Shown: piece after piece, positions 1 to 13,900 of the stretch
Layout of the letters: each line of letters starts with the position of its first letter
Position numbering within the stretch: the first letter of the stretch is position 1
Assembly: GCF_009914755.1 (NCBI RefSeq)
Contig: NC_060942.1
Length of the DNA: 64,000 nt
Strand: one strand, 5' to 3'
From: the human T2T-CHM13v2.0 reference genome, Homo sapiens
Position numbers and translations under genes: made by a program
Notes under the pieces: generated by a model
The model's database searches: none
The model's input: only the letters and a program-made list of their open reading frames with translations
What the model was told of the DNA's origin: nothing

Positions 1-265
1 TCAGGACAGAGAGTTGAACATTCCCTATCATAGAGCAGGTTGGAATCACTCCTTTTGTAGTATCTGGAAGTGGACATTTGGAGCGCTTTCAGGCCTATTT
101 TGGAAAGGGAAATATCTTCCCGTAACAACTATGCAGAAGCATTCTCAGAAACTTGTTTGTGATGTGTGCCCTCTACTGACAGAGTTGAACCTTTCTTTTC
201 ATAGAGCAGTTTTGAAACACTCTTTTTGTAGAATCTGCAAGAGGATATTTGCATAGCTTTGAGGA

Positions 266-282
266 TTTCGTGGGAAACGGGA
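266..282 (+). promoter_or_regulatory. CENP-B box (m1), TTTCGTGGGAAACGGGA; repeated in each HOR
   Basis: Matches the core nTTCGnnnnAnnCGGGn; differs from consensus only at a non-essential position (TGGG vs TTGG). Confidence 0.9.
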
Positions 283-607
283 TTGTCTTCAGGTAAAATC
301 TAGACAGAAGCATTCTCAGAAACTTCTTTGGGATGTTTGCATTCAAGTCACAGAGTAGAACATTCCCTTTGGTAGAGCAGGTTTGAAACACTCTTTTTGT
401 AGTATCTGGAAGTGGACATTTGGAGCGCTTTCAGGCCCATGTTGGAAAGGGAAATATCTTCCCGTAACAACTAGGCAGAAGCATTCTCAGAAACTTATTT
501 GAGATGTGTGTACTCAACTAAGAGAATTGAACCACCGTTTTGAAGGAGCAGTTTTGAAACACTCTTTTTCTGGAATCTGCAAGAGTATATTTGCCTAGCC
601 TTGAGGA

Positions 608-624
608 TTTCGTTGGAAACGGGA
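608..624 (+). promoter_or_regulatory. CENP-B box (m3), TTTCGTTGGAAACGGGA; absent from the 10-mer
   Basis: Exact match to YTTCGTTGGAARCGGGA. Confidence 0.95.
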
Positions 625-949
625 TTGTCTTCAGAGAAAATCTAGACAGAAGCATTCTCAGAAACTTCTTTGGGATGTTTGCATTCAAGTCACAGAGTAG
701 AACATTCCCTTTGGTAGAGCAGGTTTGAAACACTCTTTTTTTAGTATATGGAAGTGGACATTTGGAGCGCTTTCAGGCCTACGTTGGAAAAGGAAATATC
801 TTCCCATAACAACTAGACAGAAGCATTCTCAGAAACTAGTTTCTGATGTGTGTCCTCAACTAACACAGTTGAACATTTCTTTAGACAGAACAGTTTTGAA
901 ACACTCTTTTTGTGGAATCTGCAAGTGGCTATTTGGCTAGATTTGAGGA

Positions 950-966
950 TTTCGTTGGAAACGGGA
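950..966 (+). promoter_or_regulatory. CENP-B box (m5), TTTCGTTGGAAACGGGA
   Basis: Exact match to YTTCGTTGGAARCGGGA. Confidence 0.95.
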
Positions 967-1116
967 TTACATATAAAAAGCAGTCAGCAGCATTCTCAGA
1001 AAGTTCTTTGTGATGATTGCATTCAAGTCACAGAATTGAACATTCCCTTTCACAGAGCAGGTTTGAAACACTCTTTTTGTAGTGTGTGTAAGTGGACATT
1101 TGGAGCACTTACCGGC

Positions 1117-1133
1117 CTAAGGTGAAAAAGGAA
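1117..1133 (+). other. pJalpha-box-like motif of an A-type monomer (m6), CTAAGGTGAAAAAGGAA; same motif in m10 at 1792-1808
   Basis: Sits at the position homologous to the CENP-B box in box-negative monomers and resembles the A-type consensus CTAYGGTGRAAAAGGAA (recalled). Confidence 0.6.
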
Positions 1134-1287
1134 ATATCTTCCCATAAAAACTAGACAGAAGCATTCTCAGAAACTTACTCGTGATGTGTGTCCTCAACTA
1201 AAGGAGTAGAACCTTTCTTTTCATAGAGAAGTTTTGAAACGCTCTTTTTGTGGAATCTGCAAGTGGATATTTGGCTAGTTTTGAGGA

Positions 1288-1304
1288 TTTCGTTGGAAGC
1301 GGGA
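1288..1304 (+). promoter_or_regulatory. CENP-B box (m7), TTTCGTTGGAAGCGGGA, overlapping EcoRI site 1303-1308
   Basis: Exact match to YTTCGTTGGAARCGGGA. Confidence 0.95.
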
Positions 1305-1625
1305 ATTCATACAAATTGCAGACTGCAGCGTTCTGAGAAACATCTTTGTGATGTTTGTATTCAGGACACAGAGTTGAACATTCCCTATCATAGAGCAGGT
1401 TGGAATCACTCCTTTTGTAGTATCTGGAAGTGGACATTTGGAGCGCTTTCAGGCCTATGTTGGAAAAGGAAATATCTTCCCATAACAACTAGACAGAAGC
1501 ATTCTCAGAAACTTATTTGAGATGTGTGTACTCAACTAAGAGAATTGAACCACCGTTTTGAAGGAGCAGTTTTGAAACTCTCTTTTTCTGGAATCTGCAA
1601 GTGGATATTTGGCTAGCTTTGGGGA

Positions 1626-1642
1626 TTTCGCTGGAAGCGGGA
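1626..1642 (+). promoter_or_regulatory. CENP-B box (m9), TTTCGCTGGAAGCGGGA
   Basis: Core TTCG-A-CGGG is intact, with one non-essential T>C change. Confidence 0.9.
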
Positions 1643-1962
1643 ATACATATAAAAAGCACACAGCAGCGTTCTGAGAAACTGCTTTCTGATGTTTGCATTC
1701 AAGTCAAAAGTTGAACACTCCCTTTCATAGAGCAGTCTTGAAACACCCCTTTTGTAGTATCTGGAACTGGACTTTTGGAGCGATTTCAGGGCTAAGGTGA
1801 AAAAGGAAATATCTTCCCATAAAAACTGGACAGAAGCATTCTCAGAAACTTGGTTATGCTGTATCTACTCAACTAACAAAGTTGAACCTTTCTTTTGATA
1901 GAGCAGTTTTGAAATGGTCTTTTTGTGGAATCTGCAAGTGGATATTTGGCTAGTTTTGAGGA

Positions 1963-1979
1963 TTTCGTTGGAAGCGGGA
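1963..1979 (+). promoter_or_regulatory. CENP-B box (m11), TTTCGTTGGAAGCGGGA, overlapping EcoRI site 1978-1983
   Basis: Exact match to YTTCGTTGGAARCGGGA. Confidence 0.95.
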
Positions 1980-4900
1980 ATTCATACAAATTGCAGACTG
2001 CAGCGTTCTGAGAAACATCTTTGTGATGTTTGTATTCAGGACACAGAGTTGAACATTCCCTATCATAGAGCAGGTTGGAATCACTCCTTTTGTAGTATCT
2101 GGAAGTGGACATTTGGAGCGCTTTCAGGCCTATTTTGGAAAGGGAAATATCTTCCCGTAACAACTATGCAGAAGCATTCTCAGAAACTTGTTTGTGATGT
2201 GTGCCCTCTACTGACAGAGTTGAACCTTTCTTTTCATAGAGCAGTTTTGAAACACTCTTTTTGTAGAATCTGCAAGAGGATATTTGCATAGCTTTGAGGA
2301 TTTCGTGGGAAACGGGATTGTCTTCAGGTAAAATCTAGACAGAAGCATTCTCAGAAACTTCTTTGGGATGTTTGCATTCAAGTCACAGAGTAGAACATTC
2401 CCTTTGGTAGAGCAGGTTTGAAACACTCTTTTTGTAGTATCTGGAAGTGGACATTTGGAGCGCTTTCAGGCCCATGTTGGAAAGGGAAATATCTTCCCGT
2501 AACAACTAGGCAGAAGCATTCTCAGAAACTTATTTGAGATGTGTGTACTCAACTAAGAGAATTGAACCACCGTTTTGAAGGAGCAGTTTTGAAACACTCT
2601 TTTTCTGGAATCTGCAAGAGTATATTTGCCTAGCCTTGAGGATTTCGTTGGAAACGGGATTGTCTTCAGAGAAAATCTAGACAGAAGCATTCTCAGAAAC
2701 TTCTTTGGGATGTTTGCATTCAAGTCACAGAGTAGAACATTCCCTTTGGTAGAGCAGGTTTGAAACACTCTTTTTTTAGTATACGGAAGTGGACATTTGG
2801 ATCGCTTTCAGGCCTACGTTGGAAAAGGAAATATCTTCCCATAACAACTAGACAGAAGCATTCTCAGAAACTAGTTTCTGATGTGTGTCCTCAACTAACA
2901 CAGTTGAACATTTCTTTAGACAGAACAGTTTTGAAACACTCTTTTTGTGGAATCTGCAAGTGGCTATTTGGCTAGATTTGAGGATTTCGTTGGAAACGGG
3001 ATTACATATAAAAAGCAGTCAGCAGCATTCTCAGAAAGTTCTTTGTGATGATTGCATTCAAGTCACAGAATTGAACATTCCCTTTCACAGAGCAGGTTTG
3101 AAACACTCTTTTTGTAGTGTGTGTAAGTGGACATTTGGAGCACTTACCGGCCTAAGGTGAAAAAGGAAATATCTTCCCATAAAAACTAGACAGAAGCATT
3201 CTCAGAAACTTACTCGTGATGTGTGTCCTCAACTAAAGGAGTAGAACCTTTCTTTTCATAGAGAAGTTTTGAAACGCTCTTTTTGTGGAATCTGCAAGTG
3301 GATATTTGGCTAGTTTTGAGGATTTCGTTGGAAGCGGGAATTCATACAAATTGCAGACTGCAGCGTTCTGAGAAACATCTTTGTGATGTTTGTATTCAGG
3401 ACACAGAGTTGAACATTCCCTATCATAGAGCAGGTTGGAATCACTCCTTTTGTAGTATCTGGAAGTGGACATTTGGAGCGCTTTCAGGCCTATGTTGGAA
3501 AAGGAAATATCTTCCCATAACAACTAGACAGAAGCATTCTCAGAAACTTATTTGAGATGTGTGTACTCAACTAAGAGAATTGAACCACCGTTTTGAAGGA
3601 GCAGTTTTGAAACTCTCTTTTTCTGGAATCTGCAAGTGGATATTTGGCTAGCTTTGGGGATTTCGCTGGAAGCGGGAATACATATAAAAAGCACACAGCA
3701 GCGTTCTGAGAAACTGCTTTCTGATGTTTGCATTCAAGTCAAAAGTTGAACACTCCCTTTCATAGAGCAGTCTTGAAACACCCCTTTTGTAGTATCTGGA
3801 ACTGGACTTTTGGAGCGATTTCAGGGCTAAGGTGAAAAAGGAAATATCTTCCCATAAAAACTGGACAGAAGCATTCTCAGAAACTTGTTTATGCTGTATC
3901 TACTCAACTAACAAAGTTGAACCTTTCTTTTGATAGAGCAGTTTTGAAATGGTCTTTTTGTGGAATCTGCAAGTGGATATTTGGCTAGTTTTGAGGATTT
4001 CGTTGGAAGCGGGAATTCATACAAATTGCAGACTGCAGCGTTCTGAGAAACATCTTTGTGATGTTTGTATTCAGGACACAGAGTTGAACATTCCCTATCA
4101 TAGAGCAGGTTGGAATCACTCCTTTTGTAGTATCTGGAAGTGGACATTTGGAGCGCTTTCAGGCCTATTTTGGAAAGGGAAATATCTTCCCGTAACAACT
4201 ATGCAGAAGCATTCTCAGAAACTTGTTTGTGATGTGTGCCCTCTACTGACAGAGTTGAACCTTTCTTTTCATAGAGCAGTTTTGAAACACTCTTTTTGTA
4301 GAATCTGCAAGAGGATATTTGCATAGCTTTGAGGATTTCGTGGGAAACGGGATTGTCTTCAGGTAAAATCTAGACAGAAGCATTCTCAGAAACTTCTTTG
4401 GGATGTTTGCATTCAAGTCACAGAGTAGAACATTCCCTTTGGTAGAGCAGGTTTGAAACACTCTTTTTGTAGTATCTGGAAGTGGACATTTGGAGCGCTT
4501 TCAGGCCCATGTTGGAAAGGGAAATATCTTCCCGTAACAACTAGGCAGAAGCATTCTCAGAAACTTATTTGAGATGTGTGTACTCAACTAAGAGAATTGA
4601 ACCACCGTTTTGAAGGAGCAGTTTTGAAACACTCTTTTTCTGGAATCTGCAAGAGTATATTTGCCTAGCCTTGAGGATTTCGTTGGAAACGGGATTGTCT
4701 TCAGAGAAAATCTAGACAGAAGCATTCTCAGAAACTTCTTTGGGATGTTTGCATTCAAGTCACAGAGTAGAACATTCCCTTTGGTAGAGCAGGTTTGAAA
4801 CACTCTTTTTTTAGTATATGGAAGTGGACATTTGGATCGCTTTCAGGCCTACGTTGGAAAAGGAAATATCTTCCCATAACAACTAGACAGAAGCATTCTC

Positions 4901-7900
4901 AGAAACTAGTTTCTGATGTGTGTCCTCAACTAACACAGTTGAACATTTCTTTAGACAGAACAGTTTTGAAACACTCTTTTTGTGGAATCTGCAAGTGGCT
5001 ATTTGGCTAGATTTGAGGATTTCGTTGGAAACGGGATTACATATAAAAAGCAGTCAGCAGCATTCTCAGAAAGTTCTTTGTGATGATTGCATTCAAGTCA
5101 CAGAATTGAACATTCCCTTTCACAGAGCAGGTTTGAAACACTCTTTTTGTAGTGTGTGTAAGTGGACATTTGGAGCACTTACCGGCCTAAGGTGAAAAAG
5201 GAAATATCTTCCCATAAAAACTAGACAGAAGCATTCTCAGAAACTTACTCGTGATGTGTGTCCTCAACTAAAGGAGTAGAACCTTTCTTTTCATAGAGAA
5301 GTTTTGAAACGCTCTTTTTGTGGAATCTGCAAGTGGATATTTGGCTAGTTTTGAGGATTTCGTTGGAAGCGGGAATTCATACAAATTGCAGACTGCAGCG
5401 TTCTGAGAAACATCTTTGTGATGTTTGTATTCAGGACACAGAGTTGAACATTCCCTATCATAGAGCAGGTTGGAATCACTCCTTTTGTAGTATCTGGAAG
5501 TGGACATTTGGAGCGCTTTCAGGCCTATGTTGGAAAAGGAAATATCTTCCCATAACAACTAGACAGAAGCATTCTCAGAAACTTATTTGAGATGTGTGTA
5601 CTCAACTAAGAGAATTGAACCACCGTTTTGAAGGAGCAGTTTTGAAACTCTCTTTTTCTGGAATCTGCAAGTGGATATTTGGCTAGCTTTGGGGATTTCG
5701 CTGGAAGCGGGAATACATATAAAAAGCACACAGCAGCGTTCTGAGAAACTGCTTTCTGATGTTTGCATTCAAGTCAAAAGTTGAACACTCCCTTTCATAG
5801 AGCAGTCTTGAAACACCCCTTTTGTAGTATCTGGAACTGGACTTTTGGAGCGATTTCAGGGCTAAGGTGAAAAAGGAAATATCTTCCCATAAAAACTGGA
5901 CAGAAGCATTCTCAGAAACTTGTTTATGCTGTATCTACTCAACTAACAAAGTTGAACCTTTCTTTTGATAGAGCAGTTTTGAAATGGTCTTTTTGTGGAA
6001 TCTGCAAGTGGATATTTGGCTAGTTTTGAGGATTTCGTTGGAAGCGGGAATTCATACAAATTGCAGACTGCAGCGTTCTGAGAAACATCTTTGTGATGTT
6101 TGTATTCAGGACACAGAGTTGAACATTCCCTATCATAGAGCAGGTTGGAATCACTCCTTTTGTAGTATCTGGAAGTGGACATTTGGAGCGCTTTCAGGCC
6201 TATTTTGGAAAGGGAAATATCTTCCCGTAACAACTATGCAGAAGCATTCTCAGAAACTTGTTTGTGATGTGTGCCCTCTACTGACAGAGTTGAACCTTTC
6301 TTTTCATAGAGCAGTTTTGAAACACTCTTTTTGTAGAATCTGCAAGAGGATATTTGCATAGCTTTGAGGATTTCGTGGGAAACGGGATTGTCTTCAGGTA
6401 AAATCTAGACAGAAGCATTCTCAGAAACTTCTTTGGGATGTTTGCATTCAAGTCACAGAGTAGAACATTCCCTTTGGTAGAGCAGGTTTGAAACACTCTT
6501 TTTGTAGTATCTGGAAGTGGACATTTGGAGCGCTTTCAGGCCCATGTTGGAAAGGGAAATATCTTCCCGTAACAACTAGGCAGAAGCATTCTCAGAAACT
6601 TATTTGAGATGTGTGTACTCAACTAAGAGAATTGAACCACCGTTTTGAAGGAGCAGTTTTGAAACACTCTTTTTCTGGAATCTGCAAGAGTATATTTGCC
6701 TAGCCTTGAGGATTTCGTTGGAAACGGGATTGTCTTCAGAGAAAATCTAGACAGAAGCATTCTCAGAAACTTCTTTGGGATGTTTGCATTCAAGTCACAG
6801 AGTAGAACATTCCCTTTGGTAGAGCAGGTTTGAAACACTCTTTTTTTAGTATATGGAAGTGGACATTTGGATCGCTTTCAGGCCTACGTTGGAAAAGGAA
6901 ATATCTTCCCATAACAACTAGACAGAAGCATTCTCAGAAACTAGTTTCTGATGTGTGTCCTCAACTAACACAGTTGAACATTTCTTTAGACAGAACAGTT
7001 TTGAAACACTCTTTTTGTGGAATCTGCAAGTGGCTATTTGGCTAGATTTGAGGATTTCGTTGGAAACGGGATTACATATAAAAAGCAGTCAGCAGCATTC
7101 TCAGAAAGTTCTTTGTGATGATTGCATTCAAGTCACAGAATTGAACATTCCCTTTCACAGAGCAGGTTTGAAACACTCTTTTTGTAGTGTGTGTAAGTGG
7201 ACATTTGGAGCACTTACCGGCCTAAGGTGAAAAAGGAAATATCTTCCCATAAAAACTAGACAGAAGCATTCTCAGAAACTTACTCGTGATGTGTGTCCTC
7301 AACTAAAGGAGTAGAACCTTTCTTTTCATAGAGAAGTTTTGAAACGCTCTTTTTGTGGAATCTGCAAGTGGATATTTGGCTAGTTTTGAGGATTTCGTTG
7401 GAAGCGGGAATTCATACAAATTGCAGACTGCAGCGTTCTGAGAAACATCTTTGTGATGTTTGTATTCAGGACACAGAGTTGAACATTCCCTATCATAGAG
7501 CAGGTTTGAATCACTCCTTTTGTAGTATCTGGAAGTGGACATTTGGAGTGCTTTCAGGCCTATGTTGGAAAAGGAAATATCTTCCCATAACAACTAGACA
7601 GAAGCATTCTCAGAAACTTATTTGAGATGTGTGTACTCAACTAAGAGAATTGAACCACCGTTTTGAAGGAGCAGTTTTGAAACACTCTTTTTCTGGAATC
7701 TGCAAGTGGATATTTGGCTAGCTTTGGGGATTTCGCTGGAAGCGGGAATACATATAAAAAGCACACAGCAGCGTTCTGAGAAACTGCTTTCTGATGTTTG
7801 CATTCAAGTCGAAAGTTGAACACTCCCTTTCATAGAGCAGTCTTGAAACACCCCTTTTGTAGTATCTGGAACTGGACTTTTGGAGCGATTTCAGGGCTAA

Positions 7901-10900
7901 GGTGAAAAAGGAAATATCTTCCCATAAAAACTGGACAGAAGCATTCTCAGAAACTTGTTTATGCTGTATCTACTCAACTAACAAAGTTGAACCTTTCTTT
8001 TGATAGAGCAGTTTTGAAATGGTCTTTTTGTGGAATCTGCAAGTGGATATTTGGCTAGTTTTGAGGATTTCGTTGGAAGCGGGAATTCATACAAATTGCA
8101 GACTGCAGCGTTCTGAGAAACATCTTTGTGATGTTTGTATTCAGGACACAGAGTTGAACATTCCCTATCATAGAGCAGGTTGGAATCACTCCTTTTGTAG
8201 TATCTGGAAGTGGACATTTGGAGCGCTTTCAGGCCTATTTTGGAAAGGGAAATATCTTCCCGTAACAACTATGCAGAAGCATTCTCAGAAACTTGTTTGT
8301 GATGTGTGCCCTCTACTGACAGAGTTGAACCTTTCTTTTCATAGAGCAGTTTTGAAACACTCTTTTTGTAGAATCTGCAAGAGGATATTTGCATAGCTTT
8401 GAGGATTTCGTGGGAAACGGGATTGTCTTCAGGTAAAATCTAGACAGAAGCATTCTCAGAAACTTCTTTGGGATGTTTGCATTCAAGTCACAGAGTAGAA
8501 CATTCCCTTTGGTAGAGCAGGTTTGAAACACTCTTTTTGTAGTATCTGGAAGTGGACATTTGGAGCGCTTTCAGGCCCATGTTGGAAAGGGAAATATCTT
8601 CCCGTAACAACTAGGCAGAAGCATTCTCAGAAACTTATTTGAGATGTGTGTACTCAACTAAGAGAATTGAACCACCGTTTTGAAGGAGCAGTTTTGAAAC
8701 ACTCTTTTTCTGGAATCTGCAAGAGTATATTTGCCTAGCCTTGAGGATTTCGTTGGAAACGGGATTGTCTTCAGAGAAAATCTAGACAGAAGCATTCTCA
8801 GAAACTTCTTTGGGATGTTTGCATTCAAGTCACAGAGTAGAACATTCCCTTTGGTAGAGCAGGTTTGAAACACTCTTTTTTTAGTATATGGAAGTGGACA
8901 TTTGGATCGCTTTCAGGCCTACGTTGGAAAAGGAAATATCTTCCCATAACAACTAGACAGAAGCATTCTCAGAAACTAGTTTCTGATGTGTGTCCTCAAC
9001 TAACACAGTTGAACATTTCTTTAGACAGAACAGTTTTGAAACACTCTTTTTGTGGAATCTGCAAGTGGCTATTTGGCTAGATTTGAGGATTTCGTTGGAA
9101 ACGGGATTACATATAAAAAGCAGTCAGCAGCATTCTCAGAAAGTTCTTTGTGATGATTGCATTCAAGTCACAGAATTGAACATTCCCTTTCACAGAGCAG
9201 GTTTGAAACACTCTTTTTGTAGTGTGTGTAAGTGGACATTTGGAGCACTTACCGGCCTAAGGTGAAAAAGGAAATATCTTCCCATAAAAACTAGACAGAA
9301 GCATTCTCAGAAACTTACTCGTGATGTGTGTCCTCAACTAAAGGAGTAGAACCTTTCTTTTCATAGAGAAGTTTTGAAACGCTCTTTTTGTGGAATCTGC
9401 AAGTGGATATTTGGCTAGTTTTGAGGATTTCGTTGGAAGCGGGAATTCATACAAATTGCAGACTGCAGCGTTCTGAGAAACATCTTTGTGATGTTTGTAT
9501 TCAGGACACAGAGTTGAACATTCCCTATCATAGAGCAGGTTTGAATCACTCCTTTTGTAGTATCTGGAAGTGGACATTTGGAGTGCTTTCAGGCCTATGT
9601 TGGAAAAGGAAATATCTTCCCATAACAACTAGACAGAAGCATTCTCAGAAACTTATTTGAGATGTGTGTACTCAACTAAGAGAATTGAACCACCGTTTTG
9701 AAGGAGCAGTTTTGAAACACTCTTTTTCTGGAATCTGCAAGTGGATATTTGGCTAGCTTTGGGGATTTCGCTGGAAGCGGGAATACATATAAAAAGCACA
9801 CAGCAGCGTTCTGAGAAACTGCTTTCTGATGTTTGCATTCAAGTCAAAAGTTGAACACTCCCTTTCATAGAGCAGTCTTGAAACACCCCTTTTGTAGTAT
9901 CTGGAACTGGACTTTTGGAGCGATTTCAGGGCTAAGGTGAAAAAGGAAATATCTTCCCATAAAAACTGGACAGAAGCATTCTCAGAAACTTGTTTATGCT
10001 GTATCTACTCAACTAACAAAGTTGAACCTTTCTTTTGATAGAGCAGTTTTGAAATGGTCTTTTTGTGGAATCTGCAAGTGGATATTTGGCTAGTTTTGAG
10101 GATTTCGTTGGAAGCGGGAATTCATACAAATTGCAGACTGCAGCGTTCTGAGAAACATCTTTGTGATGTTTGTATTCAGGACACAGAGTTGAACATTCCC
10201 TATCATAGAGCAGGTTGGAATCACTCCTTTTGTAGTATCTGGAAGTGGACATTTGGAGCGCTTTCAGGCCTATTTTGGAAAGGGAAATATCTTCCCGTAA
10301 CAACTATGCAGAAGCATTCTCAGAAACTTGTTTGTGATGTGTGCCCTCTACTGACAGAGTTGAACCTTTCTTTTCATAGAGCAGTTTTGAAACACTCTTT
10401 TTGTAGAATCTGTAAGAGGATATTTGCATAGCTTTGAGGATTTCGTGGGAAACGGGATTGTCTTCAGGTAAAATCTAGACAGAAGCATTCTCAGAAACTT
10501 CTTTGGGATGTTTGCATTCAAGTCACAGAGTAGAACATTCCCTTTGGTAGAGCAGGTTTGAAACACTCTTTTTGTAGTATCTGGAAGTGGACATTTGGAG
10601 CGCTTTCAGGCCCATGTTGGAAAGGGAAATATCTTCCCATAACAACTAGGCAGAAGCATTCTCAGAAACTTATTTGAGATGTGTGTACTCAACTAAGAGA
10701 ATTGAACCACCGTTTTGAAGGAGCAGTTTTGAAACACTCTTTTTCTGGAATCTGCAAGAGTATATTTGCCTAGCCTTGAGGATTTCGTTGGAAACGGGAT
10801 TGTCTTCAGAGAAAATCTAGACAGAAGCATTCTCAGAAACTTCTTTGGGATGTTTGCATTCAAGTCACAGAGTAGAACATTCCCTTTGGTAGAGCAGGTT

Positions 10901-13900
10901 TGAAACACTCTTTTTTTAGTATATGGAAGTGGACATTTGGATCGCTTTCAGGCCTACGTTGGAAAAGGAAATATCTTCCCATAACAACTAGACAGAAGCA
11001 TTCTCAGAAACTAGTTTCTGATGTGTGTCCTCAACTAACACAGTTGAACATTTCTTTAGACAGAACAGTTTTGAAACACTCTTTTTGTGGAATCTGCAAG
11101 TGGCTATTTGGCTAGATTTGAGGATTTCGTTGGAAACGGGATTACATATAAAAAGCAGTCAGCAGCATTCTCAGAAAGTTCTTTGTGATGATTGCATTCA
11201 AGTCACAGAATTGAACATTCCCTTTCACAGAGCAGGTTTGAAACACTCTTTTTGTAGTGTGTGTAAGTGGACATTTGGAGCACTTACCGGCCTAAGGTGA
11301 AAAAGGAAATATCTTCCCATAAAAACTAGACAGAAGCATTCTCAGAAACTTACTCGTGATGTGTGTCCTCAACTAAAGGAGTAGAACCTTTCTTTTCATA
11401 GAGAAGTTTTGAAACGCTCTTTTTGTGGAATCTGCAAGTGGATATTTGGCTAGTTTTGAGGATTTCGTTGGAAGCGGGAATTCATACAAATTGCAGACTG
11501 CAGCGTTCTGAGAAACATCTTTGTGATGTTTGTATTCAGGACACAGAGTTGAACATTCCCTATCATAGAGCAGGTTTGAATCACTCCTTTTGTAGTATCT
11601 GGAAGTGGACATTTGGAGTGCTTTCAGGCCTATGTTGGAAAAGGAAATATCTTCCCATAACAACTAGACAGAAGCATTCTCAGAAACTTATTTGAGATGT
11701 GTGTACTCAACTAAGAGAATTGAACCACCGTTTTGAAGGAGCAGTTTTGAAACACTCTTTTTCTGGAATCTGCAAGTGGATATTTGGCTAGCTTTGGGGA
11801 TTTCGCTGGAAGCGGGAATACATATAAAAAGCACACAGCAGCGTTCTGAGAAACTGCTTTCTGATGTTTGCATTCAAGTCAAAAGTTGAACACTCCCTTT
11901 CATAGAGCAGTCTTGAAACACCCCTTTTGTAGTATCTGGAACTGGACTTTTGGAGCGATTTCAGGGCTAAGGTGAAAAAGGAAATATCTTCCCATAAAAA
12001 CTAGACAGAAGCATTCTCAGAAACTTGGTTATGCTGTATCTACTCAACTAACAAAGTTGAACCTTTCTTTTGATAGAGCAGTTTTGAAATGGTCTTTTTG
12101 TGGAATCTGCAAGTGGATATTTGGCTAGTTTTGAGGATTTCGTTGGAAGCGGGAATTCATACAAATTGCAGACTGCAGCGTTCTGAGAAACATCTTTGTG
12201 ATGTTTGTATTCAGGACACAGAGTTGAACATTCCCTATCATAGAGCAGGTTGGAATCACTCCTTTTGTAGTATCTGGAAGTGGACATTTGGAGCGCTTTC
12301 AGGCCTATTTTGGAAAGGGAAATATCTTCCCGTAACAACTATGCAGAAGCATTCTCAGAAACTTGTTTGTGATGTGTGCCCTCTACTGACAGAGTTGAAC
12401 CTTTCTTTTCATAGAGCAGTTTTGAAACACTCTTTTTGTAGAATCTGCAAGAGGATATTTGCATAGCTTTGAGGATTTCGTGGGAAACGGGATTGTCTTC
12501 AGGTAAAATCTAGACAGAAGCATTCTCAGAAACTTCTTTGGGATGTTTGCATTCAAGTCACAGAGTAGAACATTCCCTTTGGTAGAGCAGGTTTGAAACA
12601 CTCTTTTTGTAGTATCTGGAAGTGGACATTTGGAGCGCTTTCAGGCCCATGTTGGAAAGGGAAATATCTTCCCGTAACAACTAGGCAGAAGCATTCTCAG
12701 AAACTTATTTGAGATGTGTGTACTCAACTAAGAGAATTGAACCACCGTTTTGAAGGAGCAGTTTTGAAACACTCTTTTTCTGGAATCTGCAAGAGTATAT
12801 TTGCCTAGCCTTGAGGATTTCGTTGGAAACGGGATTGTCTTCAGAGAAAATCTAGACAGAAGCATTCTCAGAAACTTCTTTGGGATGTTTGCATTCAAGT
12901 CACAGAGTAGAACATTCCCTTTGGTAGAGCAGGTTTGAAACACTCTTTTTTTAGTATATGGAAGTGGACATTTGGAGCGCTTTCAGGCCTACGTTGGAAA
13001 AGGAAATATCTTCCCATAACAACTAGACAGAAGCATTCTCAGAAACTAGTTTCTGATGTGTGTCCTCAACTAACACAGTTGAACATTTCTTTAGACAGAA
13101 CAGTTTTGAAACACTCTTTTTGTGGAATCTGCAAGTGGTTATTTGGCTAGATTTGAGGATTTCGTTGGAAACGGGATTACATATAAAAAGCAGTCAGCAG
13201 CATTCTCAGAAAGTTCTTTGTGATGATTGCATTCAAGTCACAGAATTGAACATTCCCTTTCACAGAGCAGGTTTGAAACACTCTTTTTGTAGTGTGTGTA
13301 AGTGGACATTTGGAGCACTTACCGGCCTAAGGTGAAAAAGGAAATATCTTCCCATAAAAACTAGACAGAAGCATTCTCAGAAACTTACTCGTGATGTGTG
13401 TCCTCAACTAAAGGAGTAGAACCTTTCTTTTCATAGAGAAGTTTTGAAACGCTCTTTTTGTGGAATCTGCAAGTGGATATTTGGCTAGTTTTGAGGATTT
13501 CGTTGGAAGCGGGAATTCATACAAATTGCAGACTGCAGCGTTCTGAGAAACATCTTTGTGATGTTTGTATTCAGGACACAGAGTTGAACATTCCCTATCA
13601 TAGAGCAGGTTTGAATCACTCCTTTTGTAGTATCTGGAAGTGGACATTTGGAGCGCTTTCAGGCCTATGTTGGAAAAGGAAATATCTTCCCATAACAACT
13701 AGACAGAAGCATTCTCAGAAACTTATTTGAGATGTGTGTACTCAACTAAGAGAATTGAACCACCGTTTTGAAGGAGCAGTTTTGAAACTCTCTTTTTCTG
13801 GAATCTGCAAGTGGATATTTGGCTAGCTTTGGGGATTTCGCTGGAAGCGGGAATACATATAAAAAGCACACAGCAGCGTTCTGAGAAACTGCTTTCTGAT

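Larger units (their letters stand above)
140..2174 (+). repeat. Reference 12-monomer HOR unit (H1)
   Basis: Monomers m1-m12 start at 140, 311, 482, 653, 824, 991, 1162, 1329, 1500, 1667, 1837 and 2004, and the next unit starts at 2175. Lengths 171,171,171,171,167,171,167,171,167,170,167,171 sum to 2035. Confidence 0.95.

Noticed and set aside
142-151. Short dyad 'ttctcagaa' / 'ttctgagaa' in each monomer (STAT-like TTCN3GAA motif, possible hairpin)
   Set aside because: It is part of the ordinary alpha-satellite consensus and too short to support a regulatory or cruciform claim from sequence alone.
140-2174. Assignment to DXZ1, also a ~2 kb 12-mer
   Set aside because: DXZ1 is a pentamer-based SF3 HOR of about 2057 bp. 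This unit is 2035 bp with strict dimeric alternation and a CENP-B box in every second monomer.
1914-2291. 125 aa Cys/His-rich ORF with CDVC and CRIC motifs resembling a zinc finger
   Set aside because: The CxxC motifs come from the 'tgtgatgtgtg' and 'tgtagaatctgc' satellite segments. Spacing does not match C2H2 or other zinc-finger patterns, and nothing indicates expression.
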